DNA of 64,000 bases. Source: a virus. A program made the position numbers and the translations under genes. Shown piece after piece: positions 10,983-20,936 of this stretch. Every line of letters begins with the position of its first letter. Position 1 is the stretch's first letter. The stretch lies in IMG/VR virus record IMGVR_UViG_3300046323_000234, one strand, 5' to 3'. The notes beneath the pieces are model-generated. The model did not search any database, had not been told where the DNA came from, and saw only the letters and a program-made list of their open reading frames with translations.

Positions 10983-12083
10983 ATGAAATTTAACGGAGTA
11001 GTTAGGAGTGCTGTTCAGCAAAAAAGCAGCGAATTTATATGTGTTGGTGATTTCACCACATATAGTTCAGATGCATCTAGCGGTGAAACCAAAAATAGAA
11101 TTGTTAGATTATATAGTGGTGGCACTATTGATTCAACTTTTAAGACTGGCACTGGATTTAATGTCGCAGTACATACAGTATTGTTGCAACCAAATAATAA
11201 AATAATTGTTTCTGGTAATTTTACACAATATAGTGGACTTACCAAAAATAGAATTGTTAGATTGGAAGCAAATGGAACTGTTGATGAAACATTAAATATT
11301 GGTACTGGTTTTAATAATTTAGTTAATAGTACGGCATTACAATCTGATGGTAAATTAGTGTGTGGTGGTGCTTTCACAACATATGATGTTTTTTCTAGAA
11401 ATAGAATTATTAGATTATCATCTGGTGGTACTGTTGATAGTACATTCCAAATAGGGAGTGGATTTAATAGTACTGTACGAGGGATTACTATTCAAAAAAA
11501 TGGTAAAATACTTGTTGGTGGTGATTTTACATCATACAGTGGTGTAACTAGAAATAAGATGGTTAGATTAAATTCAGATGGTTCAATAGATGGAAATTTT
11601 CTAATGGGTACTGGAATATCTGGTGGATTAAATTATGTTTATAATTTCTATGAACAAACAGATGGAAAAATATTGGTTGCTGGTAGTTTTACATCATATA
11701 ATGGAGTTTCTAGAAATAAACTTGTTAGATTAACATCTGGTGGTACTGTTGATAATACATTCCAAATAGGAACTGGATTTAACACTGGTGCAACACATAT
11801 TAATTGTGTACAATCAAATGGAAAGATATTAATTGGTGGTAGCTTCACATCATACAGTGGCGTAACCAAAAATAGAATTGTTAGATTAGACTTTACTGGT
11901 GCAACTGATAATTCATTTGGCGTAACAAGTGGAACAACTGGATTTAACACTGGAGCACCATTTGCTGGATTAATAACGTTAAATAATAAAATTTTAATTG
12001 CTGGTAATTTTACAACATATAATGGTGTACCAGCAGGTGGTTTAATTATATTAAACGATGATGGTTCGATTTATTTAAGTTAA
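10983..12083 (+). CDS. Delta-60 (DUF5122-like) repeat beta-propeller protein
   Basis: About 7 repeats of Q-x-DGKILVGGxFTxY...NRIVRL...GTVDxTF. Confidence 0.85.
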   Translation: MKFNGVVRSAVQQKSSEFICVGDFTTYSSDASSGETKNRIVRLYSGGTIDSTFKTGTGFNVAVHTVLLQPNNKIIVSGNFTQYSGLTKNRIVRLEANGTVDETLNIGTGFNNLVNSTALQSDGKLVCGGAFTTYDVFSRNRIIRLSSGGTVDSTFQIGSGFNSTVRGITIQKNGKILVGGDFTSYSGVTRNKMVRLNSDGSIDGNFLMGTGISGGLNYVYNFYEQTDGKILVAGSFTSYNGVSRNKLVRLTSGGTVDNTFQIGTGFNTGATHINCVQSNGKILIGGSFTSYSGVTKNRIVRLDFTGATDNSFGVTSGTTGFNTGAPFAGLITLNNKILIAGNFTTYNGVPAGGLIILNDDGSIYLS

Positions 12084-12102
12084 ATATTTAATTATTTTAA
12101 TG

Positions 12103-12139
12103 AAAAGCCCCATATAAAATTTGTTATATGGGGTTTTTT
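12103..12139 (+). terminator. Rho-independent terminator
   Basis: GCCCCATATAA...TTATATGGGGT stem followed by a T-run. Confidence 0.8.
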
Positions 12140-12175
12140 ATTTTAATTTGTATTTCTAATAATAGAACACATACA

Positions 12176-12376
12176 ATGAAAAACAATATAATAAATTTCT
12201 TTAAAAGAATTTGGAACTTCATATTAATAACAATTGATCCAGATGATGTAAAACCTAGATCAAAAAAGAGAATAAAATCCAATCCAAAAAAATCAACCAA
12301 TAAAGTTGTTAAATCTAAAAAGCCAAAGGTTAATTCAGCATCACAAAAATCTAAAAGAAAGAATCAAAACCTGTAA
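12176..12376 (+). CDS. Small Lys-rich hypothetical protein
   Basis: Start reassigned to ATG 12176, downstream of the terminator. Confidence 0.55.
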   Translation: MKNNIINFFKRIWNFILITIDPDDVKPRSKKRIKSNPKKSTNKVVKSKKPKVNSASQKSKRKNQNL

Positions 12377-12384
12377 TATTTTAA

Positions 12385-12711
12385 ATGATAAAACTAATTA
12401 CAAAAACGGATATTATAAAAAATGTTCCAGTAAAATATAGGAAAGCATATCCAACAAATTATGAATTTTTTGATGGTACATTCAGTGATGATGTTTATAA
12501 TCAATTAATTAATAATATGGTGTCAACAGAAGATGAAATTACTAAAATAATTGGTAATGATAGTTGGACAAGAAATGCTTGTGACGAATGCAATCAAGAT
12601 GTGTTTACAGCAATTCAATTAGGCGAAGAAACTGATTGGGAATCGAACACATTTAAGATTTGTCCAGATTGCTTAAATAAAACTAAAACGTTATTTGATA
12701 ATAATATATGA
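12385..12711 (+). CDS. Hypothetical protein with CxxC...CxxC zinc motif
   Basis: CDEC and CPDC. Confidence 0.6.
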   Translation: MIKLITKTDIIKNVPVKYRKAYPTNYEFFDGTFSDDVYNQLINNMVSTEDEITKIIGNDSWTRNACDECNQDVFTAIQLGEETDWESNTFKICPDCLNKTKTLFDNNI

Positions 12712-13367
12712 ATATAAACGAACAATTTAAAAACAAAATATGTATCAATCTTGATAGAAGATTGGATAGGTGGGAGACTGTACAAGCAGAATTTCAAAAA
12801 CATGATATACAAGATGTTGAACGTTTTTCAGCAACAGATGGATCATTATTAACTGATATTCAACAATTCGGGAAATCATATCAAGCTGAATTTGGTGGAA
12901 CATTAAGCCATTATAATGCAATTAAATATGCAAAACAAAATAAGTTTAAGAATATTGTTATATTTGAAGATGATGTTATTTTTATAGAAAATTTTAATAG
13001 TTTATTTGATTGGTTTATAGAAAACCCACCAGCAAAATGGGATGTTATATTTTTTGGTGGAAATCATACAGGTGGATTTACAAAATATAATGATTTCTAT
13101 AATAAGATATTTAGAACATATGCAATACATGCTTATATAGTCAATTCAACTGCATATGATAAAATACTTGCACATTTGGAAAAATCTATTGAACTTGTGA
13201 AGAATTCAACAGAAAAATTAATGCCATCTGTAGCTGCTGATTATTTTCTAGCACAAATCCAACCAGATATGAATTTTTATTCATTTAGCAAACACTTGGC
13301 TTGGCAATCTGAATCATTTTCAGATATCCAACAAACAGTTGTTAATTATGATTTTTTGAAGAATTAA
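12708..13367 (+). CDS. GT25 family glycosyltransferase
   Basis: INLDRRLDRW, RFSATDG, SH, IFEDD. Confidence 0.85.
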   Translation: MNINEQFKNKICINLDRRLDRWETVQAEFQKHDIQDVERFSATDGSLLTDIQQFGKSYQAEFGGTLSHYNAIKYAKQNKFKNIVIFEDDVIFIENFNSLFDWFIENPPAKWDVIFFGGNHTGGFTKYNDFYNKIFRTYAIHAYIVNSTAYDKILAHLEKSIELVKNSTEKLMPSVAADYFLAQIQPDMNFYSFSKHLAWQSESFSDIQQTVVNYDFLKN

Positions 13368-13378
13368 ATATTATAATC

Positions 13379-14668
13379 ATGGAAAAAGAAATAGTAAATG
13401 AAATTATTGATTTTTTAAATAATAGAAAAGGATTTGATGATTGGTGGGGTGATATTGATGATGATATTAAAAACGAAATTAAACAAGAATTAGAGAATAT
13501 TGTCAAATCTAAACAAATTAAGGTATTAAATAATTTAGATGATAAAATTAAATCATGGGATGATGGTGGTTGTTCAACAGGTTTAAATGAAGATTAATAT
13601 AATTATGGATAATAAACAAAAAGATAAAATATCTCTTGTTAGGGGAGAGTTGAAGTTAAAAGTATTATCAACAATTTTTACATTCGAATCTAAAGAAGTG
13701 TCTGAATATGGTAATATAACTGATGAGGATATTATAAATGTACTATCATCAATAATAGCTAAAAGAACTGAGAAATAATACTATGTTTAACATATTCAAA
13801 TCCAAAGAAGATAAATTAAAATTGAAAATAAAACAAGAAAATCTTGATTTATTGGATATTGACGAAGTAAATGATAAATATTATTTACAAAAATTATTGG
13901 ATTGGCAAGAAGAATATGATTATTTGGATTGGATAGAATTTAAAGATTATTGCAACAGTTATGATAATAATTTTTGTATTTGTTATGCTCGAAATTAAAA
14001 TATAATATATATGGACGATAGAGATTATGAAGCGATGAACAAAAGAGCCAATTTTGATTGGGATAAATTTGCCATTGCATTAAGAGATAAATTTGGTAAA
14101 TCTTTAATTAGTGAATCATTAATTAATGAAGATGGTGATGAAGATAACCCATATAATTGGTGGCTCGAAGATGTAAAAGTTTCCGATATTGTTGACTTTG
14201 TAATGAATCATCGACAAGATGGTAATTAATATGGAAGATAAAAACATAAAAATAAAATTAACAGAATATGGTCATCATTGTGGTGATGGCTGTTGTTACA
14301 ATTATGGAACTATTACATCTGTTAATGGTGTAGAATTACCCTCCCATAATCAAGATGCTGAAACAATAGTTAAACAAATATTGGAACATTTAGGTTATAG
14401 TGTTGAGATTGAATACGATGAAGATATTGATTAAATGAAAACAAAACTAGAAATATTTATTAATAGGTTAGAAAAAATCAATATTAGATTGGATTTGTTC
14501 TCAAACTATCCTTGGATTTATATTAATAAAATAAATGATAAGGTAGTAAAAGAAAAATATCAATCCGAACATGGATTTACAATAGCATATTATCCAATCC
14601 AAAAAGATCAAGAATTTAAGTTTACTGACTTAAAACAAATATTTGAATTAATAAAAAAATATAAATAA
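13379..14668 (+). CDS. Six tightly packed small hypothetical ORFs (13379, 13587, 13783, 14011, 14219, 14435)
   Basis: Abutting 63-77 aa ORFs typical of phage accessory regions. Confidence 0.65.
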
Positions 14669-14671
14669 CAT

Positions 14672-15445
14672 ATGAAATTAGGTATATCCTACAATCTATT
14701 TGATTGTGAAGAATTATTAGAGCCATCGATATTGGCAATTAGAAATAATGTTGATTATATCTCTGTGGTATATCAAACAGTATCCAATTTTGGAAATCCA
14801 GCATCGGAAGATTTGGAAGAGATATTGGAATCATTAAAATATGATAAAATAATTGATGACTATATTAAATACACACCAAAGTCATATGGTGGACATTTTA
14901 ATGAATTAACAAAAAGAAATCTAGGTCTTGAATTATCCAAGAAGAAAAAATGTACACATCATTTATCATTAGATTCTGATGAATTTTATTTATCAGAGCA
15001 ATTTGATAATGCAAAGAAGTATATTGAGCAAAACAATATAGATACGTCATTCTTGCAGATGAGAACCTACTATAAAGACCAGATATATCAATTAGATCCA
15101 CCAGAAGATTATTATGTATCGTTTATACATAAATTAGAAAAAGATACACAATATGTATTTAATGGTCAATCACCAGTATTGGTAGATCCAACCAGAAGAC
15201 CAAGTGGTGTATTTAACTATAAAATATTTTCAAGAGAAGATATTGAAATGCACCATATGTCAGGCATAAGGGATGACTATAGAAAAAAATTGGAAAATTC
15301 ATCAGCAAATGTTAACTTTATGCAACATATAGATTCACTTGTTGAATATTATGAAAAATGGCAATATCCAAATGCAGCCTTATGGCCAGGATTGCCACCA
15401 AAACTGCAAAATATTATTAAAGTGGATAAATTATTTGATTTTTAA
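14672..15445 (+). CDS. GT-A fold glycosyltransferase-like protein
   Basis: KRNLGL, SLDSDEFY (DxD), MHHMS. Confidence 0.65.
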   Translation: MKLGISYNLFDCEELLEPSILAIRNNVDYISVVYQTVSNFGNPASEDLEEILESLKYDKIIDDYIKYTPKSYGGHFNELTKRNLGLELSKKKKCTHHLSLDSDEFYLSEQFDNAKKYIEQNNIDTSFLQMRTYYKDQIYQLDPPEDYYVSFIHKLEKDTQYVFNGQSPVLVDPTRRPSGVFNYKIFSREDIEMHHMSGIRDDYRKKLENSSANVNFMQHIDSLVEYYEKWQYPNAALWPGLPPKLQNIIKVDKLFDF

Positions 15446-15448
15446 ATT

Positions 15449-15574
15449 ATGGAAAAATTTATAATACCTATTGGAATATTTATAATATTATTAACAAATC
15501 TAATAAGTTTATATCTATGTATTGGATTGACTATTGGTAGTTTAGGACAAAAATTGGATTGGTGGAATAAATAA
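15449..15574 (+). CDS. 41-aa hydrophobic (membrane) peptide, not in ORF track
   Basis: MEKFIIPIGIFIILLTNLISLYLCIGLTIGSLGQKLDWWNK. Confidence 0.5.
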   Translation: MEKFIIPIGIFIILLTNLISLYLCIGLTIGSLGQKLDWWNK

Positions 15575-15612
15575 CAAAACATACATACTTCTTTATAAAC
15601 AGTTTATTTGAT

Positions 15613-16089
15613 ATGGAAATAAGAGAAATGATTAATAAGATGAAGAACTTTGGTACAACAAAAGTATACACATGTGTTGATGGTATTTACGATAAAAATA
15701 AAAAAACTTTTGATTATTTTGCTGTTAATTTAGAATATGCAAAACACTTTGGCGATAATTGTTATATGGTGACTTTAAATACATCAAAGTTTAAAGTATT
15801 AGAATTTGGGATGTGGAATATAATGTATACAGAAAAAACTGGTTTAAATGGTAATAAATATAATCGAAATCAAGGTATTTTTGTAGTTGGAGAACAAAAT
15901 TTATTAACCAATTATGAAGAGCCTGTCACTAGATTCAAAGAAGCGTTAGGTGATGAAATTACTAATAAGTTTTTAGATGAACTAAATAATTGTGACGCTG
16001 TTTATGGTGAAGATGCTGGATATGTTGATGAATTTGTTTTTGCAGTAAAAAATAAAGATATGGTGATTAAAATCGAAGCACTATCGTAG
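15613..16089 (+). CDS. Hypothetical protein
   Basis: 158-aa ORF with phage-like codon usage. Confidence 0.65.
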   Translation: MEIREMINKMKNFGTTKVYTCVDGIYDKNKKTFDYFAVNLEYAKHFGDNCYMVTLNTSKFKVLEFGMWNIMYTEKTGLNGNKYNRNQGIFVVGEQNLLTNYEEPVTRFKEALGDEITNKFLDELNNCDAVYGEDAGYVDEFVFAVKNKDMVIKIEALS

Positions 16090-16153
16090 TATTGTACGAT
16101 GAACCAATCCAAAAGTTAGTAAAATTATAATTAAAAAAATTGAAATGTAGAAA

Positions 16154-16327
16154 ATGGAAATATATTTAGGTGAAAAAGTAAGACACAAAGAAATTTACAA
16201 TGGTAAAGAAATAGTTGAAGTTATTGGATTGAAAAGGGGTGAAGTGTTGCTTAAAGGTGATTTTTCTGGTGGAACTCACGCTGTTGAACAGGAAAGTTGG
16301 ATGCCGATTAAGGGATTAATTAGATAA
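16154..16327 (+). CDS. 57-aa hypothetical protein, not in ORF track
   Basis: MEIYLGEKVRHKEIYNGKE...GDFSGGTH...KGLIR. Confidence 0.6.
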   Translation: MEIYLGEKVRHKEIYNGKEIVEVIGLKRGEVLLKGDFSGGTHAVEQESWMPIKGLIR

Positions 16328-16430
16328 AATATGTGGGGAGCATGGATTGACCCTGATGATAATTTCTTTGAAAGGATTACTAAAAATGCTGGCCCACGTG
16401 ATTAAATAAATTATATAAAATTTATACAAT

Positions 16431-18121
16431 ATGGAGAAAACAACAAAAGATGAACTTATTAAAAAGTGGGAGGATAGTGGAATATTAGATGGACTTACTA
16501 AAATGGATGAAAATAGTAAAATTGTTAAATTATTTGAACCTAATTTAACACAAAAGATTTTTGAGAAAACAATACCCAATGATGATAAAAAAATCGAATT
16601 AACAACTGATGAGTTACTTAATTTACTAAAGGAGGCATATAGAAACGGCTATTCAACATATGAAATGGTGGATGCTGGATTAGAGCATTACGATGCTGAT
16701 GGTTATGCAAGGTGGGTGCTTTTTGGATTGAAACAGTAATTAAAATACAATGGCAGATCAGAAACTAATTGATAAATATCTTAAAGAATTTTATGAGGTA
16801 CAAAGATTGAAAGTACCAATAGAATTAAATAGTTATCTTCATAGAATGATAGATGAAGCTTTACATATACATGGTGTTAACATTTTGATTTGTGAAAAGT
16901 GTAATAAAAATGAACAATACGTAGAAGAAAATCCACTATGTTTAACATGTTTATTAGAAATTTATGATAAACAAAATAATAGTTAATAGATATATAAAAA
17001 TTAGTTTATACCTATGAAATACGAAGCACTTAGAAAAGAATATTATGCGGTTTATGAAAAAGAACCAGCACATCAAAACGAGAAAAATGGTGTGATATTA
17101 GCACCATATAATACAAAAGAAGAAGCTGAAAAAGCGAGAGTTAAATATGGATATGGTAATAATAACTATTATGTAGATAAACTCATAAATTAATTTTTAT
17201 TTAAAACGAAAATATTATGAATAACGAAAAAGTTGAAAATTTAGATATTAGCAGTAATAAATTACTTTTATCTGGCGTTAGTAGTACACTTACATTAAGT
17301 GGTGTGTTAAATATTAATGCAACTTCAAATGTAACAACTAAAATAAGTGGATGGTTTAGTGATAATTACAAGACTTATTATGTTGATGAAAGTGGTAAAA
17401 AGCATTACAATTAATGTTTACAAATATATAAAACTTAATTATTATGGATGAATTAAAATTTGACAAAGAAACAGCAGTAGCACTTTATCGTATATTCTGT
17501 GGATTAAGTACAAGTTGTTATCAAAATGCAGAAGTATATGATAAAGCAAAACCTAATATGAAAACTGCATACGATAAAGTGATTGAATGGGGTAGGAAAA
17601 ATTGTGATAATATTCATGGAAATTAAATTTATTGAAAGCCATAGCTTTGTGGGTGAATCTATGTATATGGTGGTAAACGAAAATTCACATAGTTTAGAAA
17701 TGGATAAAAACCAAACATATGCACAACATGCGATAAAGCTGCTAAAAGATATTTATAATATTGATAAGAAAATAGAAGATATTGAATTTGTGTGGGATGG
17801 TACTCTTTAATGGAGCAAACTTTAAATAAATACAAAATGAACTGGACAACAATTTTTAAAAGGGAAAAACCAACTGCGATAATGCCTGAACCAAAATTTG
17901 AAGATAATTGGAGGCAAGAACGTTATGAACAAAATGTAAAAGATGGTGTTTTATCTTTACAGAAAGGTAAAAGTATAAAAATAATGGATGATGGTAGAGG
18001 ATATGAATTAGCATTGGAAATAAAACACCGCTTTATGTTAGAATACCAAAAGCAATTGTCAGAAAAAATAAAAATTAATGGTAGAGATACAATTACAGTG
18101 TCGTTCCAAAATGGCATATAA
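16431..18121 (+). CDS. Run of small hypothetical ORFs (16431, 16750, 17014, 17217, 17444, about 17616, about 17810)
   Basis: Co-oriented short ORFs; 17014-17193 translated by hand. Confidence 0.6.
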
Positions 18122-18189
18122 CGGCTGCGTGTATGAAACGTAATGGATTATAACCACGAAACTTAATACGAAGTAGAAACGTAGCATTT

Positions 18190-18280
18190 GATATAACGGT
18201 TGTGGATATGAGAAAAGAAAAAATACCAAATTCAAAAATAGAAAAAGATTTTTTACTTTCTTATATCCGTTGTTATCGGT
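18190..18280 (+). repeat. attC-like imperfect inverted repeat
   Basis: ATAAC-GGTTG-TGGATATGAGAAA ... TTTCTTATATCCG-TT-GTTAT. Confidence 0.65.
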
Positions 18281-18353
18281 CTGTAAAATTTCAATAATTA
18301 TTTTTTTTGAGGGGAGGAATTAATCAATTTAATGTTTTAATAAAAACAACAAA

Positions 18354-18443
18354 ATGGAAAATATATTTGTGAATTACGAAATAGCAAAACAACTAATGAA
18401 ATACGGATTTGCTGAAAAATGTGTGGCTTTGCACATACTTTAA
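18354..18443 (+). pseudogene. Truncated ORF fused to the right half of an attC-like site
   Basis: MENIFVNYEIAKQLMKYGFAEKC runs into TGTGGCT...AGCCACA and then GTTATAGG at 18486. Confidence 0.4.
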
Positions 18444-18516
18444 AATTATAGATAAATTTATTTAGCCACATTACTTATACACTTTGTTATAGGTATGTAA
18501 AATAAAACGGATTAAT

Positions 18517-18729
18517 ATGAACAATAAAATAAATAACAAAATGAATAAGGAAACAAGAAGTTTTATTTGGGGCTTAATTTTAGTCCTAATCTGTGGAAGC
18601 GGATTTGTTGTTCACATAATCGAAATTAAAATCGGGAAGCCAAGAGATTGGTATGATTGGACATTAATGGTATTAACTCTTTACGGATTAATCTCTGGTG
18701 GATGGCGTGTCTTTCGTGCTATCGATTAG
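18517..18729 (+). CDS. Small two-TM membrane protein (cassette-like)
   Basis: Two hydrophobic segments; flanked by attC-like sites. Confidence 0.65.
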   Translation: MNNKINNKMNKETRSFIWGLILVLICGSGFVVHIIEIKIGKPRDWYDWTLMVLTLYGLISGGWRVFRAID

Positions 18730-18733
18730 GGTT

Positions 18734-18832
18734 GCCGATAACGTTTTGCGTATATACGAGGTACGCCTTAACGAAATTTTACATTATAAACAAATGCTTG
18801 TAGGCGTATCTTGTATATACGCTGTTATAAGC
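18734..18832 (+). repeat. attC-like imperfect inverted repeat
   Basis: GATAAC-GTTTT-GCGTATATACGAGGTACGCCT ... AGGCGTATCTTGTATATACGC-T-GTTATAA. Confidence 0.75.
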
Positions 18833-18848
18833 TGTAAAAATTACGATT

Positions 18849-18995
18849 ATGGCAACAGTTTACAAAGTAGAAGTAGTATCTCATTGGATTAGCTACTCAA
18901 AGGAAGAACTCGAAAAGATACTGACAGAAGCAGTAAAGGAGATTGAACGTGAAAAAGGAAATGAGATACAGATTAGAGTGGAAGAACGTAAGTAA
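18849..18995 (+). CDS. 48-aa cassette-like ORF, not in ORF track
   Basis: MATVYKVEVVSHWISYSKEELEKILTEAVKEIEREKGNEIQIRVEERK; bounded by 19/21-nt inverted repeats. Confidence 0.7.
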   Translation: MATVYKVEVVSHWISYSKEELEKILTEAVKEIEREKGNEIQIRVEERK

Positions 18996-19118
18996 TTTTT
19001 ATTGCTTATAACGATTATATATAAGCAATAAAATATAAAGTATTGAAAATTAATATTTTACAACACGAAAACTACTGACTATTACGAAATTTGTAAACAA
19101 AAATTGAAATATTAACAC

Positions 19119-19730
19119 ATGTTATCAAACCTAGCAAATATCATCTCAGATGATTCATTATTTAATTATAGTAATATCCCCTATATAAACTATTATAGTT
19201 CAACAGACACAATAATAGATACTAAATTACCAACACTAATAATTGGTTATAAACTAGCAAAACAAATATACAATTCTGGGATTGATATATTAAATAAGGT
19301 TGTTGCACCAAACCAAAAATATTGGACTTTTACAGCTGAGGAAAGAAATTTAGATTATATAAAAGATACCAAGCATTTTGTTGATAATGTAATAGGATAT
19401 TATCAATCCAATCAGAAATATATCAATTATGATCCATTATTTGCAAACAGTAAATCAATATATGATTTTATTGATTATATAAAAAATAAAGAGATAAAAT
19501 CATATAAGAATAAATATTCATTATATATAAAAACTGAAGATACAATTTTTGGATTTGATATGAGAATAATAGATAAATACTATCCAAATAACAATTTAAT
19601 AAATATTATATCAAACAAATCCAATTATTATCTTGATGATAATAATCTTATATTAAGCAGTTGTATAAAAAAATATGGAAATGAAATAAGTAATTGTAAA
19701 AAAATAATTGTTAATCTAATATCTGAATGA
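19119..19730 (+). CDS. Hypothetical protein
   Basis: LPTLIIGY and YWTF motifs; 203 aa. Confidence 0.7.
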   Translation: MLSNLANIISDDSLFNYSNIPYINYYSSTDTIIDTKLPTLIIGYKLAKQIYNSGIDILNKVVAPNQKYWTFTAEERNLDYIKDTKHFVDNVIGYYQSNQKYINYDPLFANSKSIYDFIDYIKNKEIKSYKNKYSLYIKTEDTIFGFDMRIIDKYYPNNNLINIISNKSNYYLDDNNLILSSCIKKYGNEISNCKKIIVNLISE

Positions 19731-19974
19731 AACAACATATTATAAAAGACTATAAACTAAAAGTCCAACATGATTTTCTCGTACTAGAGGCGGTATTTAT
19801 ATCATCACAAATTCAAAATATTTGGATTCAATATTAAATGAAATTGTTTTTAATAATTTCACAAAAGAAGAATATATTGAGATGTTATCAAATATGCGTG
19901 AAAATCCAAATGAACAGACTTCAAGTTATAAAACGGCTATTAATGGTTTATTCGTTAACGTTTTAAAATTATAA
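19727..19974 (+). pseudogene. Frameshifted member of the small paralog family
   Basis: One T missing at GATTTTCTC (about 19772); restoring it gives MKQHII...HDFSRTRGGIYIITNSKYLDSILNEIVFNNFTKEEY...LKL. Confidence 0.45.
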
Positions 19975-19975
19975 T

Positions 19976-20680
19976 ATGGTACTTAGAATTATTAAATGTA
20001 ATAATATATTGTTAAAATCAATATCTGGGATTATTCCTAGTGATATTTTAAGTCCAAATGGTAAATTTATTTATATTCAGTTATCAACTAATAGTTTATA
20101 TTTAGATGAGATTTTACGGATGATTTTAAATAATTTAACCAACGAAGAAAATTCGGATTTGATGGGGTGTATAAAAACATATAAGTTTATTAGCGAAAAT
20201 AATCATTATCAAAAGAGATTACTACATGGTTATTATTGTAAAATAATTGAATTGTAATATATTACCAGATGATAAAAATAGTTAATAATTGCTCAAGTTA
20301 TTTAAATCCAATCCTAAATCAGATTCAAGATTCGTTATTACCAATTGAAATATTTGATTATATTGGTTATGAAATTTATATGAAAATTGGAAAACAGTTG
20401 TTAAATGTAAATGGTGGTAAAATATATTTAGAAACAGCTAGATATTATATAATAAATGATTTGATATATGTTAAATGCGTTTTAAATGAATAGTTTAAAT
20501 GTTGATATTAAATTTAAGTGCTGTAAACATGTTCAAGATATTATTATATTGATAGATAAAAACCTTTTAATAGATGAAAGATCAGATTGGTTTGATGTTA
20601 CCAGAATCTATTATCGTGAAAAATTAGAAAATAAATTCAATGTGATTGGAGATTTAATTTATTTGGAAATAACCGATTAA
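19976..20680 (+). CDS. Three small ORFs, divergent members of the paralog family at 27.9-30.9 kb
   Basis: SLYLDEILRMILNNLTNEE; CSSYLNPILNQIQDSLLPIE; CCKHVQDIIILIDKNLLIDE. Confidence 0.6.
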
Positions 20681-20701
20681 ATAATATTTTCTAACTAATT
20701 A

Positions 20702-20710
20702 CTATTTATA
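20702..20710 (+). promoter_or_regulatory. Putative late promoter CTATTTATA (other copies at 2582, 22133, 23569, 32586, 39196, 43211, 48516, 51794, 57718, 59716, 60784, 61426)
   Basis: Exact 9-mer, essentially intergenic, mostly 12-24 nt before starts of structural-type genes. Confidence 0.75.
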
Positions 20711-20727
20711 TAAAATATATTAGTAAT

Positions 20728-20910
20728 ATGGAAAATATAAATGACAAACTAAGTGCATTTTTGGGAAAAAAAGATGTAAAGAAATCCAGAAAGAATATTA
20801 ATAACGATAATGGTACAAAGATAATTCAAGAAAAGGATGGCTTGCTTGAGCGTATTGATGTAAAATTCATTACAGAAGATGGTAAACAATTACTTACCGA
20901 AGTTTATTAA
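20728..20910 (+). CDS. Small putative late protein
   Basis: Follows the late motif; DGLLERID...TEDGKQLLTE. Confidence 0.65.
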   Translation: MENINDKLSAFLGKKDVKKSRKNINNDNGTKIIQEKDGLLERIDVKFITEDGKQLLTEVY

Positions 20911-20936
20911 TATTTAACATAAATCCAAAAAACATT

